Assembly (NCBI GenBank): GCA_038254115.1
Contig: JBBSGK010000001.1
Location: forward strand, 67,778 to 131,777
Direction of reading: 5' to 3'
DNA length: 64,000 bases
DNA from: Candidatus Levyibacteriota bacterium
GTDB taxonomy: Bacteria > Patescibacteriota > Microgenomatia > Levybacterales > UBA12049
The position numbers were made by a program, and so were the translations under genes. Positions within the stretch are counted from its first letter, which is position 1; each line of letters begins with the position of its first letter. Positions 8,177 through 17,629 of this stretch are shown here, in pieces. The notes below the pieces were generated by a model that saw nothing but the letters and a program-made list of their open reading frames with translations, did no database searches and had not been told where the DNA came from.

Positions 8177-9511
8177 ATGGATCCTACTGCTCAAACGCCT
8201 GCAATTCCATCTACAGATCAACCAGTTGCCACGCCCACTCCTGTTGTCAATCCCGAAGAGCAGGCGGCCGCTGCGCGCGGGGATATCCCGATGAATTCAG
8301 ATAGCAGTATTGCTGCTCAAAACGCTGCAGATAGTGCTGCATTGAGCAAACTGGAAGACATAAATACAGCACAGATGGTCAATAACGACACCACCCAGCA
8401 GGAAATAAATGGGGCATCTGGGGCTACTCAAAAGATATCGGATCATGGAAAGTCATCTGATCAGATCCGCTCTCTTGGTGAAAAAATAGAAAATGCTCCT
8501 ATTCCTCCTGATTTTAAGCAAGAATTGATTGATAGGATTTCACGTCTTGCTATGATCCGCTCATCTGCAGGGTTCCTAAGCTCTACCTACATCATGGAAT
8601 ATGAATCAACACAGCGTTATGTCAACTGGATAATAGGTATGCCATGGGATAAAAAAAGCGAAGATATACTTGATCTGACAAAAGCCCGTGAAATTATGGA
8701 TAAGAATCACTACGGTCTGGGGCCGCTCAAGCAAAGAGTGTTGGAATACATAGCAACTCTTATGTTAAATATTAAAAATTATGGGGATACAGGGAATATT
8801 ATCAAGTCCCCGATTCTTTGTATTGTAGGTTTGGCAGGAACCGGAAAAACTACATTTGCTTACTCTTTGGCTCAAGCACTGGGACGGGCTTTTGAAAGAA
8901 TTCCATTTGGAGGAATGGCTGATTCCAGAGTTCTCCGGGGACAGTCGCGTTACTTTCCGGATGCTGAGCCCGGACAGATTATAAAGCGTCTGGTTCACAG
9001 CAACACTAAGAATCCTGTAATTCTTCTTGATGAATTGGACCGTGTGACAGATACCGCAAGAGCCGATATCATGGGGGTTTTGATTGAGGTTCTGGATCCT
9101 GAACAGAATGCGCGCTTCACAGATCATTACGTTGATTATCCTTTCAATTTGCAAAACACTCTTTTTATCGCAACAGCCAACAACGTCTCAAGCGTCGCGA
9201 CAGCCGTTCTTGACCGTCTTGAGATTATTCAGATGCCCTCCTACAATGATGAGGAAAAGACAGTGATCGGGAGGGATTATGTACTTCCCAAAACAATGAC
9301 GCTTACAGGTCTGCTTCCTGAGCAATTGATTATCGACCCAACTGTTTGGGAGGGACTTATCAGACCGCTTGGATATGATCCCGGCATCCGTGGACTTGAT
9401 AGATTGATTACAGGAATGTGCCGCAAAGCAGCCACGCAAATAGTTCTGGGTCAAGCCCAAACTGTAAAAATAACCAATGAGAATGTAAAACAATTTTTAC
9501 CGGAGTGGTAA
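8177..9511 (+). CDS. Lon-like AAA+ ATPase lacking the Lon N-domain and the C-terminal protease domain
   Basis: HYGL..LKQRVLEY, GLAGTGKT, NPVILLDELD, LDPEQN..FTDHY, LDRLEII; ends FLPEW where the S16 protease domain would begin. Confidence 0.85.
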   Translation: MDPTAQTPAIPSTDQPVATPTPVVNPEEQAAAARGDIPMNSDSSIAAQNAADSAALSKLEDINTAQMVNNDTTQQEINGASGATQKISDHGKSSDQIRSLGEKIENAPIPPDFKQELIDRISRLAMIRSSAGFLSSTYIMEYESTQRYVNWIIGMPWDKKSEDILDLTKAREIMDKNHYGLGPLKQRVLEYIATLMLNIKNYGDTGNIIKSPILCIVGLAGTGKTTFAYSLAQALGRAFERIPFGGMADSRVLRGQSRYFPDAEPGQIIKRLVHSNTKNPVILLDELDRVTDTARADIMGVLIEVLDPEQNARFTDHYVDYPFNLQNTLFIATANNVSSVATAVLDRLEIIQMPSYNDEEKTVIGRDYVLPKTMTLTGLLPEQLIIDPTVWEGLIRPLGYDPGIRGLDRLITGMCRKAATQIVLGQAQTVKITNENVKQFLPEW

Positions 9512-9618
9512 TAAAAATTAAATATTAAAAATAATTTGTTATCCTGAATTTATTCCTCTAAACCTTATTTCTCATGCGTGTTTAATTTTATGTTTATCTA
9601 CTGTATAATTACTCAAGT

Positions 9619-10539
9619 ATGAAATTAGGTTTTATCGGTCTTGGGAAAATGGGAAGCCGGATGGCTCTCAAGCTTCTCAAAGAAGGTCATGATGTAACAG
9701 TTTGGAACCGCTCGCCTCAGCCGGTTGAGGCTCTCAAATCATATATTCCGGATTTGAAGTCAGCACCGACTATTGAAGAGTTGGTAAAAAGTTTGGAAAA
9801 GCCCCGCGTTGTATGGCTTATGCTGCCTGCAGGAGAATCAACTGAGGGGATTTTGTCCCAAGTTGAGAAGCTTGTTGAGAAAGATGACATCGTAATTGAC
9901 GGAGGAAATTCCAAATTTAGCGATACTGACAGACATTTTGAAAATTTCAAGAGTCAGGGCGTGCGTTTCCTGGGAATTGGTGTATCAGGAGGGGTGGTCG
10001 CTGAGAAGACAGGTTATCCTCTTATGGCAGGAGGAGATAGATCTGCTTACGATTATATAACTCCAATTCTGGGCTCTCTCGCAAAGTCTCAGGGAGGACA
10101 TGAGTATTTCGGAACTGGTGGAGCGGGACATTATGTAAAAATGGTGCACAATGCTATAGAGTATGGATATATGCAGTCAATTGGTGAAGGATTTGGCGTG
10201 ATGGAAAAATCATCTTATGATTTGGATTTACTAAAAGTAGCCAAGATTTATGACAGTGGGTCGTTGATCTCAGGATTTATGATGCAGCGCACGATCGAAG
10301 CGCTTGAGAGCGATCCGCATTTGGATACATTCGCAGGTGTCATTGGTTCGGCATCAGGAGAAACAATCTGGACAATTGAAGAAGCGAAGAAAAATAATTT
10401 ATTGATCGATATTATTGATAGGTCTCAGAAAATAAGAACAGAGTCAGAGACAGATGGGAAGATCCAGAACTCCTTTGCTGCCAAAATGGTAGCAGCTCTT
10501 CGGGCCGCCTTCGGCGGTCACCCTGTTAAGAAGAAATAA
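9619..10539 (+). CDS. gnd: 6-phosphogluconate dehydrogenase (short, decarboxylating type)
   Basis: GFIGLGKMG, IDGGNS, GVSGG, GAGHYVKMVHNAIEYG, ALRAAFGGH. Confidence 0.9.
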   Translation: MKLGFIGLGKMGSRMALKLLKEGHDVTVWNRSPQPVEALKSYIPDLKSAPTIEELVKSLEKPRVVWLMLPAGESTEGILSQVEKLVEKDDIVIDGGNSKFSDTDRHFENFKSQGVRFLGIGVSGGVVAEKTGYPLMAGGDRSAYDYITPILGSLAKSQGGHEYFGTGGAGHYVKMVHNAIEYGYMQSIGEGFGVMEKSSYDLDLLKVAKIYDSGSLISGFMMQRTIEALESDPHLDTFAGVIGSASGETIWTIEEAKKNNLLIDIIDRSQKIRTESETDGKIQNSFAAKMVAALRAAFGGHPVKKK

Positions 10540-10567
10540 GGAGTTTGTAAAGAATTAAACTGTATTG

Positions 10568-11060
10568 TTTTCAGAATACTCGGAAAACTCGGTAGGCCTG
10601 AAGATCGGATATTCAGAATTTTCGGAAAGTCTGATAAGATGAGAGCATGATTAGAGATGTTACTGATCTGGAGGTTTATGGAGAATCTTTGAGATTATTA
10701 CGAAAACTCTATGAGTTTTTAAAAAAACTACCTAAATCTGAATATGACACGATAGTACAATGTAGAAAATGTGGAAAATCTATACCTGCAAACACTGCGG
10801 AAGGGTGGGCAAAAAGATCATCAGCTCCAGAGTTCAAGAGGTTTTTAAAAATTGCAATCGGATCAAGCGATGAATTAATTAGTCATCTGCGGACAGTTGC
10901 AATAATAGTTCCTCGACTATTTCAGGAATCAAAGGAGCTTGCCGGAGAATATAAAGTTTTGTCAAAAAGATTAAATACTCTTCATAAAAACTGGAAATCT
11001 GGCGTTTTCTGATTTATCTGAATGTCTTTTTTTCTGAGTATCATCTGAGTTTTCTGAAAA
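10568..11060 (+). mobile_element. Four-helix-bundle gene cassette with inverted, roughly 9-nt periodic repeat arms
   Basis: Left arm ttttcagaatactcggaaaactcgg... and right arm ...tctgagtatcatctgagttttctgaaaa; the terminal 17 nt match 15/17 in inverted orientation. Confidence 0.6.
10647..11012 (+). CDS. Four helix bundle protein (TIGR02436 / 23S rRNA IVP-like)
   Basis: DLEVY, LPKSEY, Q..K...SIPANTAEGW, EFKRFLKIAIGSSDE. Confidence 0.9.
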   Translation: MIRDVTDLEVYGESLRLLRKLYEFLKKLPKSEYDTIVQCRKCGKSIPANTAEGWAKRSSAPEFKRFLKIAIGSSDELISHLRTVAIIVPRLFQESKELAGEYKVLSKRLNTLHKNWKSGVF

Positions 11061-11091
11061 GATGTATGTTATAATTATGATTAAGTAAATC

Positions 11092-12846
11092 ATGGACGAG
11101 AATAAGATACCTTCACCACCACCAATACCACAAAATTTACAATCACCAAATCTGCCTACTCCGGATTCTGTTTCTTTTATAGCGCTTGGAGGCCTCGAAG
11201 ATGTTACGCGTAATCTTTATGTTTATGATTATAAAGATCAGATCCTCATCGTTGATTGCGGGCTTGGATTTCCTGATGAATCGATGCTTGGCGTAGATCT
11301 TCTTCTTCCTGACATCACATATTTACTTGATGTTATAAAGACAGGCAAGAAAAAGATTATCGGTATGCTTCTCACACATGGTCATGAGGACCACATCGGA
11401 GGTACTCCATTTATTCTGCCTCAATTGATGCCAACTGGCCGGGATGATTTGAAATTCCCTATTTATGCATCGCCCCTGACAGCAGCGCTGACTAATGCAA
11501 AACTTAAAGAATACAATCTCCCTTTTTCAGTTTCAACAGTAAAATTTGAAGATCCGGATGTCAAGATCGGTCCATTTATCATCTCTTTTATACATGTTAC
11601 TCATTCTGTGCCGGATAGCGCCAACTTTTTCATCAAATCTCCTGCTGGGAATTTCTTTCATGGGAGTGATTATAAATTTGATCTGACTCCGGCAAATGGA
11701 AAAAGATCTGATTTTATCAAGATGATGAAGGCAGCTGATGAAGGCGTGACGTGCCTTATGTCTGATTGTCTGGGATCTGACAGGCCGGGACACACAAAGT
11801 CCGAGGGGAAGCTGGGGCAGAATTTTGAGCGGGCAATGCGCGACGTTAGGGGAAAATTTTTGATAACCACTTATTCCTCAAATATTTCAAGACTTAATCA
11901 AGCAATCCAAGCTGCAGAGCGTGTAAACAGGAAAGTTTGTTTTGTCGGACGGTCAATTCTTAAAGTCAAAGAAATCGGCCAAAACTTGGGGTATTTGAAA
12001 ATAAAACCGGGAACTGAAATTGATATGAGAGATGTGGGAAAATTCAAAGGCAATCAGCTGGTTTTACTCGTTGCCGGTTCCCAAGGACAGGAAAATTCAG
12101 CAATGACAAGAATCGCCAATGGCGAGCATAAAGACGTAAGGATTGGCCCGGGCGACGCCGTTGTTTTCTCAAGTGACACTATTCCTGGAAATGAGATAAA
12201 TGTAAATTCATTGGTGGACGCTATCACCAAAAGAGGCGCTCGGGTTATTGATTCAGATCCAAGCGGTTCTTTTCATGTTTCAGGACACGGATCCAAAAGT
12301 GATCATGAACTACTTGTCGCGCTCACCAAGCCCAAATATCTTCTTCCGATAAGCGGAACATATAGGCACATGGGTTATTACAAAACAATGGCTGAGGATA
12401 TGGGATATGATAAGCGGGATATTTTTCTTGTTGAGAACGGCCAGGAAGTGAGATTCAGCAAAAACTCGGTAAGACTCGGAAACAAAATCGGAATCAGAAA
12501 TATTTATGTTGATCAGGTATCAGGTGAGGAGGTAGAGAATTTTGTGATCCGCGACCGCGAGAGATTGGCAAAGGAGGGAATTGTGATAGTAATGGCTGAG
12601 ATCCGAGCGCAGGATGGGCAACTTGCTGAGAAGCCTATCATTGTTGCCCGTGGATCCTCACTGGTTGATTCTAAGGAAATAACTGATTCTATAACCTCGG
12701 AATTGGAAAGGGTGCTAGCGCCGAACAAAAGTAGGGTTACAAACTGGGTGCATTTGAGACGCTTGGTAAGCGAAACAGCACAAAAACACTTATTTAAAAA
12801 ATTCCGTACCCGTCCTCTCGTCATGCCGGTAGTAATAGAGGTATAA
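11092..12846 (+). CDS. rnj: Ribonuclease J
   Basis: ALGGLEDV, VDCG, LTHGHEDHIGG, THSVPD, GSQG, HVSGH, RPLVMPVVIEV. Confidence 0.96.
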   Translation: MDENKIPSPPPIPQNLQSPNLPTPDSVSFIALGGLEDVTRNLYVYDYKDQILIVDCGLGFPDESMLGVDLLLPDITYLLDVIKTGKKKIIGMLLTHGHEDHIGGTPFILPQLMPTGRDDLKFPIYASPLTAALTNAKLKEYNLPFSVSTVKFEDPDVKIGPFIISFIHVTHSVPDSANFFIKSPAGNFFHGSDYKFDLTPANGKRSDFIKMMKAADEGVTCLMSDCLGSDRPGHTKSEGKLGQNFERAMRDVRGKFLITTYSSNISRLNQAIQAAERVNRKVCFVGRSILKVKEIGQNLGYLKIKPGTEIDMRDVGKFKGNQLVLLVAGSQGQENSAMTRIANGEHKDVRIGPGDAVVFSSDTIPGNEINVNSLVDAITKRGARVIDSDPSGSFHVSGHGSKSDHELLVALTKPKYLLPISGTYRHMGYYKTMAEDMGYDKRDIFLVENGQEVRFSKNSVRLGNKIGIRNIYVDQVSGEEVENFVIRDRERLAKEGIVIVMAEIRAQDGQLAEKPIIVARGSSLVDSKEITDSITSELERVLAPNKSRVTNWVHLRRLVSETAQKHLFKKFRTRPLVMPVVIEV

Positions 12847-12860
12847 ATTTAGTTTCCGGC

Positions 12861-12970
12861 TTGACAACTATAGGACTTTATGATATAATACGAATTGATG
12901 CTTCAATCTTCAATTATTCTACTTTCTTCAGAAAAATCTATTTGCCTACTCATTTATAAAGCTCTATAAT
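12861..12970 (+). promoter_or_regulatory. Two tandem sigma70-type promoters upstream of ftsK
   Basis: TTGACA(12861)-17-TATAAT(12884) and TTGCCT(12942)-17-TATAAT(12965), the latter 7 nt before the ATG. Confidence 0.65.
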
Positions 12971-12977
12971 ATAATTT

Positions 12978-15101
12978 ATGCCCAAGAGAAGACGAAGTAG
13001 CGGAAGACGCAGGAAACCGTTTAAGCTAAAACTCAAAACAAAAACAATCTATACGATATTTGGTATAGGATTTTTCCTGCTCGGCGTATTTTTACTTCTG
13101 GTCTATATCAAGCCTACAGATTCTACAACCGTTTTGACAAATAAGCTTAATGAAATGTTCGGATCCTTGACGATTTTGGCCCCTCTTATTTTGGTTCTCA
13201 TAGGATTCTTATTCCTGCATCTAAAATTCTATTTATCACGTTTGAATGTAACAATTGGATATATCCTGCTTTTTGTTTCGCTCATAGGACTCACAAAGAG
13301 TGGTTCTATAGGAAATGGGATTTTCTCAATTCTTAAAGAGATTATTACAGTGCCTGGTGCTGACATGGTTTTTATCACAGGAATTCTTGTCGGTATTATT
13401 GTTCTTTTGGATACATCCATTGATGAGATGATTAGTTTTATCGGGAGCGTTTTCAGTACCTTAAATAAATTAATTCCAAGAAAAATATTTTCATCTTTTA
13501 AAAAAGATAAAAACTTGTTTGATAGAAATAAGCCAATGACCATAAAAGGCGGAAAGAGAGAGGAAGAGCCATTGTCTCCAAAAATTAATCAGCCTCCGGT
13601 AATACAAAAAAAGGAGCTTGAAATGCTTCCTCAGACGCTAGTAAGTAATGTTTTGGGCGGAGATACACCCGGGGTTTGGGAATATCCACCTCTTTCTCTT
13701 TTGTCTGAGGAACCCGGGAAGAAAGCCGAGCGGGGAGATATCAAGGAGATTGCCGGAACTATTGAAAAAACGCTTGATAGTTTTGGAATAGCGGCCCGCG
13801 TAGCCGAGGTCAATTTGGGTCCTGCCGTTACGCAGTATGCGCTTGAGATTGCGCAAGGTACAAAAATTTCAAAGATCACCTCTCTTACCAATGATTTGGC
13901 GCTGGCAACAGAGGCACCAACCGGTCAGATCAGAATTGAAGCACCTATTCCGGGGCGGAACTTAATTGGTATAGAAATACCTAACAGATCGCTTGAGGTA
14001 GTGACGCTTAGAACAATGCTTGCATCAGCCGCCATGCAAAAATCAAAATCCAAACTTACAGTTGCCTTGGGACTTGATGTATCAGGTAGTCCGATCGTTG
14101 TAGATATCGCAAAAATGCCACACGTTTTGGTTGCCGGTACGACGGGATCCGGAAAATCAGTACTTATCAATTCATTCATATCAAGTCTTCTATTTAGAGC
14201 ATCTCCTCAGGAAGTCCGTCTTATTCTGATTGATCCAAAGAGGGTTGAGTTCACAGGATACAATGGGATTCCGCATCTTTTGACACCTGTAATCGTTGAG
14301 TCGGATAAGATCCTTTCCGCTTTGAAATGGGCAATGGGTGAGATGGATAAAAGGTATAAAATTTTTGCAGAACGGGGAGTGCGTAACATTGATTCTTATA
14401 ACGAGCTTTCAGGATTTCAGGCACTTCCTTATATTGTTATTTTTATAGATGAGCTTGCCGATCTTATGATGTTTGCGCCGGTTGAGGTGGAGGATGCAAT
14501 AGCGCGTCTTGCGCAAATGGCCCGTGCAACCGGTATTCACTTGGTGATTGCGACCCAGAGACCATCAGTTAACGTCATCACAGGTCTTATAAAGGCCAAC
14601 GTGCCAGCTCGTATAGCATTTAGCGTTTCGTCAATGATTGACTCCCGCGTAATAATTGACTCCCCTGGTGCTGAAAAACTCCTAGGCCGTGGGGACATGC
14701 TTTATATACCGCCTGATCAGGCAAAGCCCACCCGTATTCAAGGCGCATATATTGAAAAAGAAATAAAACTACTGGTTGATTTTCTCAAATCCAAAAATTA
14801 CCCTGTTGAGTATACAGAAGAAGTAACAAGTCAGCCCTTAATAATTAAAAAAGGAGGAGCTGCTCAGGAAGGAAAGGATGGAGAGCTTGAGGAAGCGATA
14901 AGAGTTGTATGTCAGTTCAATACAGCATCCGCATCTTTTTTGCAGCGGAAAATGTCAATTGGTTACGCAAAAGCTGCCCGCATTCTTGATCAGCTTGAAG
15001 AGATGGGCATTGTCGGAATGGCAGAAGGTTCAAAACCACGGGATGTATTGGTCAGAAACGCTGAGGAATTTCTAGCCTCACAACAGCAGGGAGGGCAATA
15101 A
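12978..15101 (+). CDS. ftsK: DNA translocase FtsK/SpoIIIE
   Basis: N-terminal TM helices, MPHVLVAGTTGSGKSV, IDELADLM, ATQRPSV, GAEKLLGRGDML, gamma domain. Confidence 0.97.
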   Translation: MPKRRRSSGRRRKPFKLKLKTKTIYTIFGIGFFLLGVFLLLVYIKPTDSTTVLTNKLNEMFGSLTILAPLILVLIGFLFLHLKFYLSRLNVTIGYILLFVSLIGLTKSGSIGNGIFSILKEIITVPGADMVFITGILVGIIVLLDTSIDEMISFIGSVFSTLNKLIPRKIFSSFKKDKNLFDRNKPMTIKGGKREEEPLSPKINQPPVIQKKELEMLPQTLVSNVLGGDTPGVWEYPPLSLLSEEPGKKAERGDIKEIAGTIEKTLDSFGIAARVAEVNLGPAVTQYALEIAQGTKISKITSLTNDLALATEAPTGQIRIEAPIPGRNLIGIEIPNRSLEVVTLRTMLASAAMQKSKSKLTVALGLDVSGSPIVVDIAKMPHVLVAGTTGSGKSVLINSFISSLLFRASPQEVRLILIDPKRVEFTGYNGIPHLLTPVIVESDKILSALKWAMGEMDKRYKIFAERGVRNIDSYNELSGFQALPYIVIFIDELADLMMFAPVEVEDAIARLAQMARATGIHLVIATQRPSVNVITGLIKANVPARIAFSVSSMIDSRVIIDSPGAEKLLGRGDMLYIPPDQAKPTRIQGAYIEKEIKLLVDFLKSKNYPVEYTEEVTSQPLIIKKGGAAQEGKDGELEEAIRVVCQFNTASASFLQRKMSIGYAKAARILDQLEEMGIVGMAEGSKPRDVLVRNAEEFLASQQQGGQ

Positions 15102-15225
15102 CTAATTTCTAAATACTAATTACTAATTTCTAAATAATATCTAAATTCAAATATCAAAACCCGTTTGCAGTTAGTAATTGAAACATTTGTATTTGTTTAG
15201 GATTTAGATATTAGGTATTAGATTT
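15102..15225. repeat. Inverted pair of degenerate 7-mer tandem arrays (no cargo gene)
   Basis: ctaattt ctaaata ctaatta ctaattt ctaaata ... gatttag atattag gtattag. Confidence 0.75.
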
Positions 15226-15233
15226 TTAATGAT

Positions 15234-15860
15234 ATGATTAGGTTTGGGCAAAGACTGAAAGACGAAAGAATTAGGCGTATGCTGACGCTTGATGACGTTT
15301 CGGTTGCCACCAAAATCAAGCGCGATTTTCTTGCTGCCATTGAGCGCGAAGCTTACGATGAGTTGCCTTCTCCTGCGTATGCAAAAGGCTTTGTCCAAAA
15401 TTATGCGGATTTCCTCGGACTTCCAAAAATCCAAAGCTCAGCACTTTTCAAACGTGATTTTGATGAAAAAAGAGCAATGAAAGTATTGCCTGAGGGAATG
15501 ACAAATTCGCGGACCATTCCTTTAAAACGAGTCAATATAAGAAGTTTTGTTGTTGGAGGATTAATTCTATTAATGCTAGCCGGTTTTTTCTTATTCCAAA
15601 CCCGGGATATGTTATTCGCGCCTTCAATCCATATTACATCACCAAAAGAAGGAAGCGTTGTTTCGCGTGATGTTGAGGTAGCGGGTACGACAAGCAGCAA
15701 CGGTATAGTTACAATAAACAATAATCCGGTATTTGTAAAAGATAGTGGAGTGTTTGTTAAAAAAATTACACTTTTCCCAGGTAAAACAACAATAATAATA
15801 AAATCAAAAAACAGATTGGGTAAAGAGTCCTCTCAAACTGTAAACCTGATTGTGAAATAA
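15234..15860 (+). CDS. RodZ-like XRE-HTH membrane protein with C-terminal beta-rich (Ig-like) domain
   Basis: FGQRLK..R....LTLDDVS..TKIK..FL.AIE..Y..LP...YAKGFV..YA.FLGL, one TM helix; follows ftsK. Confidence 0.8.
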   Translation: MIRFGQRLKDERIRRMLTLDDVSVATKIKRDFLAAIEREAYDELPSPAYAKGFVQNYADFLGLPKIQSSALFKRDFDEKRAMKVLPEGMTNSRTIPLKRVNIRSFVVGGLILLMLAGFFLFQTRDMLFAPSIHITSPKEGSVVSRDVEVAGTTSSNGIVTINNNPVFVKDSGVFVKKITLFPGKTTIIIKSKNRLGKESSQTVNLIVK

Positions 15861-15955
15861 TATAAATTCTGTTCCAGAATGACTACAAATGAATACAATT
15901 GATTCTAATTGTTTTGCTTGACAGTCCACTTTTCATAAGGTAACGTATATAGACT

Positions 15956-16258
15956 ATGGTAGATCCTGTCCAAATAATCCTCTTAATTGTTATTGTTATC
16001 TTAACAACTCTCCTAGTTATTTTGGGAGTCCAGATATTTTTTATCTTAAAAGAACTTAGAAAGACTGTCAAAAAAGCAAACAGAATTTTGGATAATGCAA
16101 ATTCAATTACGGAAAATATCGAAGGACCGCTTGAAGCACTCTCTTCAGTACTTGTGGGTTTTAAGGCTGGGTCTTTATTATCAGTATTGAAATTTGCGAA
16201 GGGTTTCATTGGACGGGATAAAGAAGACTTGGATAAGCGGCGGAGCGAAAATTTTTAA
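15956..16258 (+). CDS. Small membrane protein, DUF948/YtxG-like
   Basis: N-terminal TM helix followed by a coiled coil; paired with a YtxH-like gene. Confidence 0.65.
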   Translation: MVDPVQIILLIVIVILTTLLVILGVQIFFILKELRKTVKKANRILDNANSITENIEGPLEALSSVLVGFKAGSLLSVLKFAKGFIGRDKEDLDKRRSENF

Positions 16259-16259
16259 T

Positions 16260-16616
16260 ATGGAAGACAGACATAATCATAATCACAACCAACCGCCAAG
16301 CAATGGATTTTTAATGGGAGTGATTATTGGTGGTGTTGCAACGCTTATTTTTACCACAAAAAAAGGTCGGGAAATAGTTAAAGATCTGGCAGATAAAGGA
16401 CTTGAAAAGTATTACGAATTTGAAAAAAAACTTGAAGATACTAAAGAAGACTATGAAGAGATTATAGAAGGGGAAGATTATATTGCGCCAGTTGAGAGTG
16501 AAAAAGTTAAGTTAGCAAAGGAATCAAAGCAGGAAAAAATAAGTACTGTGAAAGAAGATAAAGCGGCTTCAGCAAAAACAAAAGTAAAAAGATATTTTAG
16601 ATTGAATAAGAATTAA
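16260..16616 (+). CDS. YtxH domain protein
   Basis: GFLMGVIIGGVATLIFTTKKGRE; start at ATG 16260. Confidence 0.75.
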   Translation: MEDRHNHNHNQPPSNGFLMGVIIGGVATLIFTTKKGREIVKDLADKGLEKYYEFEKKLEDTKEDYEEIIEGEDYIAPVESEKVKLAKESKQEKISTVKEDKAASAKTKVKRYFRLNKN

Positions 16617-16662
16617 ATTAAAAAATTAAATTTTATCTGATAAAGCCTCGGAGATTCAGGAG

Positions 16663-17622
16663 TTAGAGTCCGTATTTTTTTATATTTGCGTTGTGTTCCT
16701 CAAGAGTTCTTGCATAATGGTTTTGTCCCGATTTATCTGAGATATAATAAAGATAATTTGTGTTGGAAGGATTAAGAACGGCGCTTAGAACATCAATACC
16801 CGGATTGGAAATCGGACCCGGTGGAAGTCCACTATGCTCATAGGTATTGTATGGTGAAGAAATTTTGAGGTCATCAAAAGTCAGTTCTTTTTTCCACCAT
16901 GTTTTGCTGCTTGGCTGGTAACCTAGGGCGTATTGGATTGTTGCATCAATCTGAAGAGGCATTCCTTGCTTTAGACGGTTTAAGACAACGGAGGCCACAA
17001 TCGGGCGGTCTTTATCGTGTTTTGCCTCTCTTTCTACCATAGAGGCGACTATAACTACTTGATCTTTGGACAATTTATTTTGACTACCTGCATTTATGCT
17101 ACTATATTTTTTCTCAAAATTGGCTCTCATAATATCTATGATTTGTTCAATTGTTGATTCTTTGGGAAATGAGTAAGTGTCTGGAAAAAGGTATCCCTCA
17201 TAAATAATTAATTTGCCGCGCCAACTTTCCTGAAATGTTGGGAATCTTTCACTCAATTTATCGGCAATTTCCTGTGCTCTTTTACCCTCTGGGATTACAA
17301 TATGAAAATCAGATGTACCAACCTGGAGAGCTTTTGCGATATCGACAGCGCTCATTGAGGGGGATAATTGGAAATCTCCGGCTTGAATTTTTTGATCAAG
17401 TCCGAATTTCTTGACAACTATAAAAAATATAACAGGATCTTTTATGAGATCCTCAGATTTCAAATGGCTGGCAATTTCCCGGACTCCTTCACCCTTTTTA
17501 ATAATAAAAGTTTTTTGACTTTTGTCCGATATATCAGCTGCAGCAGTAGCATTGACCCACCAAGCAAGTATTCCTCCTAGAATCAAAACTAAAAATACTA
17601 TTAAAAAGGAAAATTTTCTCAT
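16663..17622 (-). CDS. mltG: Endolytic transglycosylase MltG (YceG)
   Basis: EGYLFPDTY, ASMVEREA, LQIDATIQY, SPYNTY...GLPPGPISNPG. Confidence 0.95.
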   Translation of the reverse strand: MRKFSFLIVFLVLILGGILAWWVNATAAADISDKSQKTFIIKKGEGVREIASHLKSEDLIKDPVIFFIVVKKFGLDQKIQAGDFQLSPSMSAVDIAKALQVGTSDFHIVIPEGKRAQEIADKLSERFPTFQESWRGKLIIYEGYLFPDTYSFPKESTIEQIIDIMRANFEKKYSSINAGSQNKLSKDQVVIVASMVEREAKHDKDRPIVASVVLNRLKQGMPLQIDATIQYALGYQPSSKTWWKKELTFDDLKISSPYNTYEHSGLPPGPISNPGIDVLSAVLNPSNTNYLYYISDKSGQNHYARTLEEHNANIKKYGL

Positions 17623-17629
17623 AATCCAA

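Noticed and set aside
10647-11012. Diversity-generating retroelement or rRNA intervening sequence around the four-helix-bundle gene
   Set aside because: No reverse transcriptase, no TR/VR repeat pair noticed and no rRNA sequence flanks the gene
15102-15225. CRISPR array interpretation of the periodic repeats (also 1944-2090 and 62166-62261)
   Set aside because: Units are 7 nt, degenerate and unspaced, and no cas genes are present
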